NCBI RefSeq assembly: GCF_006345805.1
Contig: NC_043004.1
Location: forward strand, 54,374,001 to 54,438,000
Reading direction: 5' to 3'
Source: Octopus sinensis
Lineage: Eukaryota
Length of the DNA: 64,000 nt
The position numbers and the translations under genes were made by a program. The notes beneath the pieces were generated by a model. The model was not told the DNA's origin and did not search any database. It worked only from the letters and a program-made list of their open reading frames with translations. Positions 40,565 through 53,710 of the stretch are shown here, in pieces; within the stretch, counting starts at the first letter, position 1, and every line of letters begins with the position of its first letter.

Positions 40565-42990
40565 CATCATCATCTCTTTATCACAGGTTTTGTTGGAGCT
40601 TCTGGAGTCTTGCATACGTAGAGGGATTACTACCTGCCGCCTACGGTACCATTCTATTCGTTCTTTTTAGCTGTCTAATACTTTCCTGATTATTCTGACC
40701 GTGCCAAAGAAGCAAACCTTTTATAACAGTTATACTGAGCACTCTATTCCAATTTCCTTGATATTCCTCTTGATGCCTTCTGATACTGTTTCCAACGACC
40801 CAGCAATAATTGGCACTATCTTCACCTTCTATATTTTCCATAGCCGGGCTATTTGGTACTTAAGAGGGCTGTGTCTATTTATCGTTTCGCTTGTCTTGTT
40901 GATTATTCGTGAGTCAAAAGGGCATGCAACATCAACTATATAGCATATGTGGTGCACCTTTTCTACCGTACCGCCAATAGGTCCAGTCTTGCACCTGATT
41001 TGTTTGTACTGGAAAATCCCAGAAGGTTTTGCTAGTCTCCGACTCCGCCGCGCTCTGCGGTTTGTGTCCATACCACGTCTTACCTGTCTCTAGCCCCACT
41101 TTTCGCAGTTTCCAATGTAGCACTTTCGCTAACCTGGTCGGTTGCCACACCTTGTAGTGGTTTTGGGCAAGTCTAGGACATTCGTTCCTGATATGGCCAA
41201 TGGTTTCATCCACTCTATTGAAGATGCGGCACAGCAGAGACACTTACTCATTCCTAATGTTGACCCTCCAGTTCCTTGCCAAAGCTTGGCCTGGCGCTGC
41301 CAATATAGTGCTCTCGGTCTCTTCTTTTAGAGCTCCTTTCATCACCTAGTCCCACCTATTTTTTGTAGCAACTTCTGTTGTGGCTACATGGAACTCATTG
41401 AGTGTCCCTTCTTGCGTAATTATTTTCCATGTCCGTTTTGTATTTCTTCCTTTGTTTTCCCTTTTTTCTCTGTTCTCAATACTCCCTCGTTCCTATCTGT
41501 CCCCAGCAAGGTTTTCTTCCTGTAGACTACGTATCTCGTTAGGCTCTCGAGTTCTATATGCATGCAGTCTTCCACACTTATCAGTCCCCTTCCTCTATTT
41601 GTTCTCTTCGTGTATAGGCGATCAGTATTCTGCACGTGGATGATAGGTTCCATGCATCGTTAGGAGCTTTCTTGACTTCCTGTTTACCTCCTTTTTCTGC
41701 TCCTCTGTCCACTTCAGGATTCCAGCACCATACAAAACTATTGCAACTGGATTGAGGTTGTATTGCCTTTATCATTTCCCCACTTAGCAACCATATGCCT
41801 TCTGTTCTGGCAAGCGCTCCTCGTCTCATTACCATCGTAGCACAGTTTGAGAGTCTGAACTCCATCTTCATATCATTGGAGAAAATCCGCACAGACTGTA
41901 CTAGGCTGTCCAGTTCTGCCTCAGTTTTTGTGAATAGCAAGTTGTTCTGTTTTCCCTTACTTCTTCCCAGATCATACCCCAACATTGCTTTCTGTAGTAT
42001 TTCACTCAAGGGAATCATTCGCAGCACGAGTATAGGTGGGGACAAACTGTCCTCCTGGAAGATTCCTCTCTTGATTTTCACCTCTTCCGTTCTCCAGCAT
42101 TTCATTTTATTCCATATAAGGCTACTCATATTCTCTGCTACTTCATATATTTCCATTGTTCTTATCATCCAGGAGTATGGTATCATATCGTATGCTTTGC
42201 GATAGTCAACCCATACCATACTCAGATTTGCATGTCTTCTCTTGCAGTTTCTGATAATTAGATTATCGATTAAGAGCTGATCTTTCGTTCTCCGGCTCCT
42301 TTTTCAGCACTCTTTGTGTTCAATGGGTAGCAGCCCACTTTTTTCTGGGTATCAATGTATTTCCCTTTGTCATCCAGGGAAATGGTGTCATTCCCTTTGT
42401 CATCCAGCGAAAGGGTGTCATTCCCTTTGTCATCCAACAGGATACTGCGCCTTCCTACAAGCACTCATCTAGTTGTTGTGCTATCCTTTCATGGAGCCCT
42501 CTCAGCTTAGACCCTATCCCATTCTGGACTCTTCCAATTTGGGAATTTTCTTAACTGCGTTTTTATCATTTCTGTAGTTGTCTTTATGTCTTCTTGGACT
42601 TCTATATTTCTTAATCTATCTTGGATTTCATGCAGCTCTATAGGCTGCTCTCAGATCCCTCTCCACAATGCCTTCCTTTCCTCTGCATCTGCTTTCATTG
42701 TTACGTGTATTTGCCCATCTAGTTCCTGAAACAGTCTCTTCTGATTTGCTTCAAACAATCTTTTTTTTCCTGAATTGTTTTGTTCTCTTGTTATATCTTT
42801 CTAGTTTTGCTTTGATTGCTCCTACTCTTTGTTTCAGTTCTTCCAATATCAGATCATAACCTTTATCTCTTATTCTATATGTTCTTCTTAGCATTATTCT
42901 TATGCCTTTGTTCTGGAATTCCTCTCTTCTCAATCTATCAACTTGTCCTAAATGTCTTTTTAACTTTGTTTGTTTCTCATAAATTCGTCT
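40565..42990 (-). mobile_element. R4/Dong-like (restriction-like-endonuclease) non-LTR retrotransposon, decayed, 5'-truncated
   Basis: RT motifs VWVDYRKAYDMIP, KRGIFQEDSLSP, RLYTKRTNRGRGLISVE; CCHC region CRIFNRVDETIGHIRNEC; RLE region WDFPVQT...IVDVACPFD; 3' end joins (TAA)n. Confidence 0.85.
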
Positions 42991-43242
42991 AGTCCAGTAT
43001 GGTTCTTTATGTTTCTACAGAAACATGTTAAAAAGTAAAAGCGAAAGATGTGTTTCGATAAACAAACCTCCAGATACAGACATACAAACAAACGCACTGT
43101 AAGTGTACGAAGCTATATCTTTAAAATGTAGACGTTTAAAAACTGCCTCAAAGCAAGCAGTTGAAAAATACTTGCAACCCATTTGAAAAGACGTAACATA
43201 TCTGTCAAGGGGGTAAGAAATATGGCACATGTGAAATCGAGC

Positions 43243-43605
43243 TTTGGTGTTGGAGAAGACTTTTCGGATTCCATGGAGAGCGAGGCTCACCAATGGAGAA
43301 GTTCTTAAGCAGATAAGGCCGAACATGTCGCTAGAAGCTAGGATCACCAAGCATAGATTGGCATATTTTGGTCATATTATGCGGAGAAAACCCCTGGAGA
43401 AGGACATCATGCTCGGAATGGTCAGTGGCAAGAGAGGAAGAGGCCGACCAAGAACCCGCTGGCTTGACACCATCAAGGGGGATACCGGAATGGACATAGC
43501 CAATCTGAAAGAAGCAGCCCATGATAGAACTGACTGGAGAACACTGATCCAGCGAGTGACCGAGAGTCGATTTCGACTGAGCGGATAGAGAGAGAGAGAG
43601 AGAAA
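43243..43605 (+). mobile_element. RTE (BovB-like) LINE 3' fragment with a (GA)n tail
   Basis: RIPWRARLTNGEVL...RLAYFGHIMRR...GKRGRGRPRTRWLDTIK...DRTDWR. Confidence 0.9.
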
Positions 43606-43639
43606 TCAGATTTGCTACAAAAGACGTAGCAAAACAGCA

Positions 43640-44400
43640 CTCAACAGTCCAGCTGAGAAACAGCGAACTTGTCCTAGTTCCAACATACTTGGGACGGTGT
43701 GTCGCCCAGATAAGAAATACTGGGGATACCACCAGAAATGAACGCTTACTGGATTGTTGCAGCTGTCCTCCTCGACTTGGAAGATAAGATCGAAATCATC
43801 GAAGTCGAGAAACAAGGAAAAAAGCAACTGGACTGGACAGGAATTGCAATTAATGGTCCAAATAAACAAGGACGTCTTGGAACAAATTCCTGGCCAACTC
43901 AGCCTTCCATATGGCACTATACTGAAAGTTACAGTTGAGGGCAGGAGGCCAAGATGTTATCAATGCGGACAGAATAACCACCTTGGTACAAGCACCACCC
44001 TCACTACAACAACTGAAGCAACCCCAAAGCAGAGTGGGTTCCCGCAAACACACCCCCACCAACAACAACAACTACACGAGAGACAAAAATGCCAACAACA
44101 GAGGTGCTGACCACAAACACGACAGATGTGCTGTGCGGAGAGGCCCCCAGAATTGAATGGAAGGAAATGACACGTAAAAGACCAAGAAAAGGCACTACAT
44201 TGCACCAACAAATAAACAAGCTGTACCCCCAAAAAGCAATCAAAATCACCTGAAAACAACAACAACAACAACAACACCAACACGCACACTTCCAATATTT
44301 TCACCAACACCATCACAACCAACGCCACATACATAGCCAACAGTACAAAACACAAGAGGGTCAACACAAAAAGTAAACGAAAATAACAAAAATACTACAA
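43640..44400 (+). pseudogene. ORF1 fragment of an L1/Tx1-type LINE (partial zinc knuckle)
   Basis: LKVTVEGRRPRCYQCGQNNHL parallels LYVVVDGRRPRCYICGSEQHL at 35014-35730. Confidence 0.75.
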
Positions 44401-45487
44401 AACTCACTGTTTCTATATAATTATATATTTTGCCCACGGAGTAGAAAATACTTCACTGAGGAGATGTAATAATACCGAAACATGTACTATGCAGTCAGAA
44501 GATTGTTTGTAATCAAAAATTCAAGGCAAGTTATATTTTCCATGATATCCCTACAACATTTCAATCAACCAGTCTTTTAAGAGTTACGTTACTTGTTTAT
44601 TATTTATAGGTTTTAACACATTTGTAGGGAGATTTTTGTCAACTAATCACTTAGATAAAAGGAGAGCGTTGCAGTTCGCTTCACGTACTGTAGTGCAGAC
44701 GTAGAATAATAAATTAAATGAGAAATAAGGAAAGCTAACACTGCAGAATTTCAAAAAAAAAAAAAAAATATATTTCGGGCGCAAAGGCCCCTATTCAGAA
44801 GTATATAGTCAAAGAAATCCAAAAGGGAAGAATCTATGTAAACTCTTATTTCTTTGACTATATCGGTTTTAGTTTTTTAACTTTATGCATTGCTTGAAGC
44901 ACTCTTTATTTCTCATTTCATTTATTATTCTAATCACTTGATAATTTAAGTTGAACGAAGTTCTTAAATTCATTACACTAGACTATAAGGCTCCACGTCA
45001 CTGGTGTTGATTAAGCAGAACACTCTCAGCCAGAAATTCTCTCTCTCCCTTCTCTCTCTCTCTTTCTTTCTCTTTCTCTCCCCCTCTCTCTCTCCCTTTC
45101 TCTCTCTTATCCTCTCTCATACATACGTATATATACACACACACATATATATATAATGAGTGAGAGAGGGCCATGTATATATATATAAAATTATAAATTG
45201 GGGTGTCTACGAGATACCACCATCCTGAAAATAGCAGCCATGATCTGACTCTAAAACCACGTTAATTGTCCATATATCAACACGGAGAGAAACAAAGAGA
45301 CAAGATGAAACTAGTAAAAAATTTATAATTTTAATAATTATTACCTTTGAAGGCTATTTTTTCCCTGCTGACCACTTGATAAAATCGTTATTTTATTTTA
45401 AATTAACGATATTATCCTTATTTATATAAATTTATATATATATATGTATATATATATATATAATATATATATATATATTATATATAT

Positions 45488-45522
<35 letters not shown>

Positions 45523-45878
45523 TGATAAAACGGTAAGATAACAAAAGAAAGATAGAGACCTCAATATTATGTAAATAGAGGAAATTTATCTATACAATAT
45601 GTTACATTACTCGGTAGTCAAGATAAAACTCTGAGTTTCAGATGCCGAAGTGGAAATCCACAACACCATCTCTTCGGTTATCTGGCTATTTGAAAACGTT
45701 ATGAAAAAATACCGTTAAATAAAGGGAAATTACTCTGTTATAACTCTGCTTGCCTGCGTACTTATACATCGCTCGCATTTTTCGTCATAAAAATTATATA
45801 AAAATACATAAAAAATATATATAAAAAATATATAAAAATATATAAATTCTTCTTGGGACATAACATAGAAAGCATGTT

Positions 45879-47025
45879 CTATCTGTTTTCTTTAGGGGAC
45901 CAAAAACGTAACAGAAATTTAGTTACATGTGGGCATGATCCGAAAAGCTCTGTCCTTGTATTTAGACATGTAGTAGGGTCTAAGCTGCTTTTCCAGATAA
46001 GCCATCTCTCCATATCGCATAGACCGCACCTGCCGCTGCCGTTAGTATAGGGCTTACATCTGGCCAAAATCTTCCATTGTATGTTATAATCGACACCTTT
46101 ATCTCTTAAAGACCAAATATGATTAGACAACTGTGTCGCTTTTCTTTTTTTCCAGTGCCTAAAGCTCAAAGTGTGGTTATTGAACCTGGCCTTGAAATTA
46201 CCCTCTGTAAGGCCCACGTATTTCTTCGTCGAAATGGTGTCTTTAGTGGTTATAGAATTTACGGTAGCTTCATATATGATGGTCTTGGACATGCAAGCTC
46301 CATTTAGAGGGCACAATTCTTTATTCCTGCATGAACAGCTGTTTTCTTCTTGTGTTTTTTGTATGTTATGTTTGATTATGTTTTTAAAAATTGGTAGTTG
46401 AACTAAAACTAATTTTTAAATTGTGTCTATTGAAGAGTTTCCTATAAGTATGGTTAACTGGAAAATGTCTATCTATCAGTGCTAGGAAATATTTACCTAC
46501 ATTGAAGGCCACCTCGGGTGAGTAAGGGGGCGTAAACCAGATGACCTTCCTATTTCTATTATTCCTTTTCCTTACTGTTGGGCTAGTGATAGGTGTATAT
46601 TTTATTTTATCGCTAAAACCACTATCTTTTAAAGCCTTATTATAAACTGGGGCAACGCTATTGAAGATGTCCTCATCAGATGAGAGGCTAGAAATCCTCT
46701 TACTAATATTTTTCACAAACTTTTTGAATACTATAGGGGGATGGCATGAACCTACATTAATATAACTTAGTCTATCATTGGGCTTCCTATAAGGCTTATA
46801 AATATTCTTATTAAGATCTAAGGAAACGTCTAAGAAATTGACAACCGTCAGGTTAGTGTCTATAGTTATACTAAGTCCGAAGTGTTTCATTAACTGGATA
46901 ATATCCTTCCTAAAACGATCTTGTGCTGGTCCATTTGTATTAGCTGTTAAGGCGAGGGCATCATCTTTGTAGATGGCGAAATGTACGTTAGGGAATGTCT
47001 TACCTAAGGTATCTAGGAGAAAAAG
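45879..47025 (-). pseudogene. PLE RT-GIY-YIG ORF, 5'-truncated, +1 frameshift near 46385
   Basis: ORFs 46384-46890 and 45879-46316, plus the manually read upstream YKDD segment. Confidence 0.9.
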
Positions 47026-47856
47026 TCAATATAGGTAAATATTTCCTAGCACTGATAGATAGACATTTTCCAGTTAACCATACTTATAGGAAACTCTTCA
47101 ATAGACACAATTTAAAAATTAGTTTTAGTTCAACTACCAATTTTTAAAAACATAATCAAACATAACATACAAAAAACACAAGAAGAAAACAGCTGTTCAT
47201 GCAGGAATAAAGAATTGTGCCCGCTAAATGGAGCTTGCATGTCCAAGACCATCATATATGAAGCTACCGTAAACTCTATAACCACTAAAGACACCGTTTT
47301 GACGAAGAAATACGTGGGCCTTACAGAGGGTAATTTCAAGGCCAGGTTCAATAACCACACTTTGAGCTTTAGGCACTGGAACAAAAGAAAAGCGACACAA
47401 TTGTCTAATCATATTTGGTCTTTAAGAGATAAAGGTGTCGATTATAACATACAATGGAAGATTTTGGCCAGATGTAAGCCCTATACTAACGGCAGCGGAA
47501 GGTGCGGTCTATGCGACATGGAGAGATGGCTTATCTGGAAAAGCAGCTTAGACCCTACTACATGTCTAAATACAAGGACAGAGCTTTTCGGATCATGCCC
47601 ACATGTGACTAAATTTCTGTTACGTTTTTGGGCCCTAAAGAAAACAGATAGAACATGCTTTCTATGTTATGTCCCAAGAAGAATTTATATATTTTTATAT
47701 ATTTTTATATATTTTTTATATATATTTTTTATGTATTTTTATATAATTTTTATGACGAAAAATGCGAGCGATGTATAAGTACGCAGGCAAGCAGAGTTAT
47801 AACAGAGTAATTTCCCTTTATTTAACGGTATTTTTTCATAACGTTTTCAAATAGCC

Positions 47857-47919
47857 AGATAACCGAAGAGATGGTGTTGTGGATTTCCACTTCGGCATCT
47901 GAAACTCAGAGTTTTATCT
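47857..47919 (+). ncRNA. Putative PLE-type minimal hammerhead in the 3' UTR; mirror copy at 45621-45683 (minus)
   Basis: Helix I AGATAA/TTATCT; core CCGAAGA; helix II GATG/CATC; extra T; GAAA; helix III ACTC/GAGT; cleavage triplet GTT. Three deviations from consensus. Confidence 0.55.
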
Positions 47920-47969
47920 TGACTACCGAGTAATGTAACATATTGTATAGATATATATATATATATATA

Positions 47970-48275
47970 TATAAGCGGGACCAGCCATCTGAATGTGGCT
48001 AGGGACAGGGCGGGGTGGTGGGGGTGTTACTGATGCATTTAGCCCCAGGCGACTATAGACGTCACCAGGAGAGCCGACACCATCACGGTGTCCTTGCTAG
48101 CCTGTAAAGGACACCGTGATGGTGTCGGCTCTCCTGGTGACGTCTATAGTCGCCTGGGGCTAAATGCATCAGTAACACCCCCACCACCCCGCCCTGTCCC
48201 TAGCCACATTCAGATGGGTGGTTCCGCTTATATTACAGAACAGTTACTGCTTATACCTCGCTTAGAGATTTATTA
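47970..48275. repeat. GC-rich 126-bp-arm palindrome embedded in (TA)n
   Basis: Arms 47970-48095 and 48107-48232, 2 mismatches, 11-nt loop; the right arm extends ~45 bp further to the next (TA)n. Confidence 0.92.
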
Positions 48276-48278
48276 TTG

Positions 48279-48318
<40 letters not shown>

Positions 48319-48330
48319 TATATATATATA

Positions 48331-51300
48331 CTAAGCAATAAGGGTTTAGCAACGAGTTGCCTTACCACATACCGAATTTAGAAATAGCAGTCAAAGGGTT
48401 ATAGCTATTTCTTCTACTAAAAAGGGAGATCTCAGTAAAAACAGCATTTGGAAGGCAGACACAAACAGGTAAGAGAGAATGAATTGACTGCAATCTATCA
48501 TACATTTTTTTAGTTATCCACGGACGTACGTTTCGAAATCAAGTTTTAAGGAAAGCATAAGAACTAAATATTAAATATTAAATAATAAATAATTCTATCT
48601 TACCGAAACTTCTTTTCTCTTCAGCGTAGAATACTATAATCATAAATGATTATATTGAATTTTGAGATACCAGAAGGCACCAACTCCACTCAGTATCAGA
48701 GCGAGCTAGAATCCGCAACTGGTATCACCGAATTCAATTTGTGAATGAAACGATTGTGTCAACAGCCCCTTCCCACCCGCGTGTAGCCAAAACAAGATGC
48801 TGTGGTCATCTACTGAGATAAAATATGGTTATCCGTAATAATGAAGGGTGAAATTAATTAATTTGGAAAAATTATCAATTACACCAATAGTCTTCGGCAT
48901 GTAAAAGCCTCATTCGAGGAAAATTTAAGTAATACTAAGCAATAAGGGTTTAGCAACGAGTTGCCTTACCACATACCGAGTTAGAAATAGCAGTCAAAGG
49001 GTTATAGCTATTTCTTCTACTAAAAAGGGAGATCTCAGTAAAAACAGCATTTGGAAGGCAGACACAACAGGTAAGAGAGAATGAATTGACTGCAATCTAT
49101 CATCCATTTTTTTAGTTATCCACGGACGTACGTTTCGAATCAAGTTTTAAGGAAAGCATAAGAACTAAATATTAAATATTAAATAATAAATAATTCTATC
49201 TTACCGAAACTTCTTTTTCTTCAGCGTAGAATACTATAATCATAAATGATTATATATTGAATTTTGAGATACCAGAAGGCACCAACTCCACTCAGTATCA
49301 GAGCGAGCTAGAATCCGCAACTGGTATCACCGAATTCAATTTGTGAATGAAACGATTGTGTCAACAGCCCCTTCCCACCCGCGTGTAGCCAAAACAAGAT
49401 GCTGTGGTCATCTACTGAGATAAAATATGGTTATCCGTAATAATGAAGGGTGAAATTAATTAGTTTGGAAAAATTATCAATTACCCAAGTAGTCTTCGGC
49501 ATGTAAAAGCCTCATTCGAGGAAAATTTAAGTAATACTAAGCAATAAGGGTTTAGCAACGAGTTGCCTTACCACATACCGAATTTAGAAATAGCAGTCAA
49601 AGGGTTATAGCTATTTCTTCTACTAAAAAGGGAGATCTCAGTAAAAACAGCATTTGGAAGGCAGACACAAAGGTAGAGAGAATGAATTGACTGCAATCTA
49701 TATACATTTTTTTAGTTATCCACGGACGTACGTTTCGAAATCAAGTTTTAAGGAAAGCATAAGAACTAAATATTAAATATTAAATATAAATAATTCTATC
49801 TTACCGAAACTTCTTTTCTCTTCAGCGTAGAATACTATAATCATAAATGATTATATATTGAATTTTGAGATACCAGAAGGCACCAACTCCACTCAGTATC
49901 AGAGCGAGCTAGAATCCGCAACTGGTATCACCGAATTCAATTTGTGAATGAAACGATTGTGTCAACAGCCCCTTCCCACCCGCGTGTAGCCAAAACAAGA
50001 TGCTGTGGTCATCTACTGAGATAAAATATGGTTATCCGTAATAATGAAGGGTGAAATTAATTAATTTGGAAAAATTATCAATTACACCAAGTAGTCTTCG
50101 GCATGTAAAAGCCTCATTCGAGGAAAATTTAAGTAATACTAAGCAATAAGGGTTTAGCAACGAGTTGCCTTACCACATACCGAATTTAGAAATAGCAGTC
50201 AAAGGGGATTCTAGCTCGCTCTGATACTGAGTGGAGTTGGTGCCTTCTGGTATCTCAAAATTCAATATATAATCATTTATGATTATAGTATTCTACGCTG
50301 AAGAGAAAAGAAGTTTCGGTAAGATAGAATTATTATATTAATATTTAATATTTAGTTCTTATGCTTCCTTAAAACTTGATTTCGAAACGTACGTCCGTGG
50401 ATAACTAAAAAAATGTATGATAGATTGCAGTCAATCATTCTCTCTTACCTGTTTGTGTCTGCCTTCCAAATGCTGTTTTTACTGAGATCTCCCTTTTTAG
50501 TAGAAGAAATAGCTATAACCCTTTGACTGCTATTTCTAAATTCGGTATGTGGTAAGGCAACTCGTTGCTAAACCCTTATTGCTTAGTATTACTTAAATTT
50601 TCCTCGAATGAGGCTTTTACATGCCGAAGACTACTTGGTGTAATTGATAATTTTTCCAAATTAATTAATTTCACCCTTCATTATTACGGATAACCATATT
50701 TTATCTCAGTAGATGACCACAGCATCTTGTTTTGGCTACACGCGGGTGGGAAGGGGCTGTTGACACAATCGTTTCATTCACAAATTGAATTCGGTGATAC
50801 CAGTTGCGGATTCTAGCTCGCTCTGATACTGAGTGGAGTTGGTGCCTTCTGGTATCTCAAAATTCAATATATAATCATTTATGATTATAGTATTCTACGC
50901 TGAAGAGAAAAGAAGTTTCGGTAAGATAGAATTATTTATTATTTAATATTTAATATTTAGTTCTTATGCTTTCCTTAAAACTTGATTTCGAAACGTACGT
51001 CCGTGGATAACTAAAAAAATGTATGATAGATTGCAGTCAATTCATTCTCTCTTACCTGTTTGTGTCTGCCTTCCAAATGCTGTTTTTACTGAGATCTCCC
51101 TTTTTAGTAGAAGAAATAGCTATAACCCTTTGACTGCTATTTCTAAATTCGGTATGTGGTAAGGCAACTCGTTGCTAAACCCTTATTGCTTAGTATTACT
51201 TAAATTTTCCTCGAATGAGGCTTTTACATGCCGAAGACTACTTGGTGTAATTGATAATTTTTCCAAATTAATTAATTTCACCCTTCATTATTACGGATAA

Positions 51301-53710
51301 CCATATTTTATCTCAGTAGATGACCACAGCATCTTGTTTTGGCTACACGCGGGTGGGAAGGGGCTGTTGACACAATCGTTTCATTCACAAATTGAATTCG
51401 GTGATACCAGTTGCGGATTCTAGCTCGCTCTGATACTGAGTGGAGTTGGTGCCTTCTGGTATCTCAAAATTCAATATATAATCATTTATGATTATAGTAT
51501 TCTACGCTGAAGAGAAAAGAAGTTTCGGTAAGATAGAATTATTTATTATTTATATTTAATATATTCTTATGCTTTCCTTAAAACTTGATTTCGAAACGTA
51601 CGTCCGTGGATAACTAAAAAAATGTATGATAGATTGCAGTCAATTCATTCTCTCTTACCTGTTTGTGTCTGCCTTCCAAATGCTGTTTTTACTGAGATCT
51701 CCCTTTTTAGTAGAAGAAATAGCTATAACCCTTTGACTGCTATTTCTAAATTCGGTATGTGGTAAGGCAACTCGTTGCTAAACCCTTATTGCTTAGTATT
51801 ACTTAAATTTTCCTCGAATGAGGCTTTTACATGCCGAAGACTACTTGGTGTAATTGATAATTTTTCCAAATTAATTAATTTCACCCTTCATTATTACGGA
51901 TAACCATATTTTATCTCAGTAGATGACCACAGCATCTTGTTTTGGCTACACGCGGGTGGGAAGGGGCTGTTGACACAATCGTTTCATTCAAATTGAATTC
52001 GGTGATACCAGTTGCGGATTCTAGCTCGCTCTGATACTGAGTGGAGTTGGTGCCTTCTGGTATCTCAAAATTCAATATATAATCATTTATGATTATAGTA
52101 TTCTACGCTGAAGAAAAAGAAGTTTCGGTAAGATAGAATTATTTATTATTTAATATTTAATATTTAATTCTTATGCTTTCCTTAAAACTTGATTTCGAAA
52201 CGTACGTCCGTGGATAACTAAAAAAATGTATGATAGATTGCAGTCAATTCATTCTCTCTTACCTGTTTGTGTCTGCCTTCCAAATGCTGTTTTTACTGAG
52301 ATCTCCCTTTTTAGTAGAAGAAATAGCTATAACCCTTTGACTGCTATTTCTAAATTCGGTATGTGGTAAGGCAACTCGTTGCTAAACCCTTATTGCTTAG
52401 TATTACTTAAATTTTCCTCGAATGAGGCTTTTACATGCCGAAGACTACTTGGTGTAATTGATAATTTTTCCAAATTAATTAATTTCACCCTTCATTATTA
52501 CGGATAAACATATTTTATCTCAGTAGATGACCACAGCATCTTGTTTTGGCTACACGCGGGTGGGAAGGGGCTGTTGACACAATCGTTTCATTCACAAATT
52601 GAATTCGGTGATACCAGTTGCGGATTCTAGCTCGCTCTGATACTGAGTGAGTTGGTGCCTTCTGGTATCTCAAAATTCAATATATAATCATTTATGATTA
52701 TAGTATTCTACGCTGAAGAGAAAAGAAGTTTCGGTAAGATAGAATTATTTATTATTTAATATTTAATATTTAATTCTTATGCTTTCCTTAAAACTTGATT
52801 TCGAAACGTACGTCCGTGGATAACTAAAAAAATGTATGATAGATTGCAGTCAATTCATTCTCTCTTACCTGTTTGTGTCTGCCTTCCAAATGCTGTTTTT
52901 ACTGAGATCTCCCTTTTTAGTAGAAGAAATAGCTATAACCCTTTGACTGCTTTTCTAAATTCGGTATGTGGTAAGGCAACTCGTTGCTAAACCCTTATTG
53001 CTTAGTATTACTTAAATTTTCCTCGAATGAGGCTTTTACATGCCGAAGACTACTGGTGTAATTGATAATTTTTCCAAATTATTAATTTCACCCTTCATTA
53101 TTACGGATAACCATATTTTATCTCAGTAGATGACCACAGCATCTTGTTTTGGCTACACGCGGGTGGGAAGGGGCTGTTGACACAATCGTTTCATTCACAA
53201 ATTGAATTCGGTGATACCAGTTGCGGATTCTAGCTCGCTCTGATACTGAGTGGAGTGGTGCCTTCTGGTATCTCAAAATTCAATATATAATCATTTATGA
53301 TTATAGTATTCTACGCTGAAGAGAAAAGAAGTTTCGGTAAGATAGATATTATTTATTTATATTTAATATTTAGTTCTTATGCTTTCCTTAAAACTTGATT
53401 TCGAAACGTACGTCCGTGGATAACTAAAAAAATGTATGATAGATTGCAGTCAATTCATTCTCTCTTACCTGTTTGTGTCTGCCTTCCAAATGCTGTTTTT
53501 ACTGAGATCTCCCTTTTTTTAGTAGAAGAAATAGCTATAACCCTTTGACTGCTATTCTAAATTCGGTATGTGGTAAGGCAACTCGTTGCTAAACCCTTAT
53601 TGCTTGTATTACTTAAATTTTCCTCGAATGAGGCTTTTACATGCCGAAGACTACTTGGTGTAATTGATAATTTTTCCAAATTAATTAATTTCACCCTTCA
53701 TTATTACGGA

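Larger units (their letters stand above)
45523..47953. mobile_element. Neptune-type Penelope-like element with two divergent arms (minus 45523-47025; plus 47026-47953) in (TA)n
   Basis: The minus arm encodes the RT C-half (AIYKDDAL, VNFLDVSLDL, YRKPND..YIN..SCHPP), a Cys linker (CSCRNKELCPLNGAC) and GIY-YIG (IIYEATV...KYVGLTEGNFKARFNNH) with a C-terminal CGLC..CPH. The plus arm is an inverted copy of the 3' ~930 bp. Confidence 0.93.

Noticed and set aside
50139-50300. Inversion as a long-read fold-back artefact
   Set aside because: A fold-back would be mirror-symmetric at the junction; here the arms start ~313 nt apart in the unit. Not fully excluded without reads.
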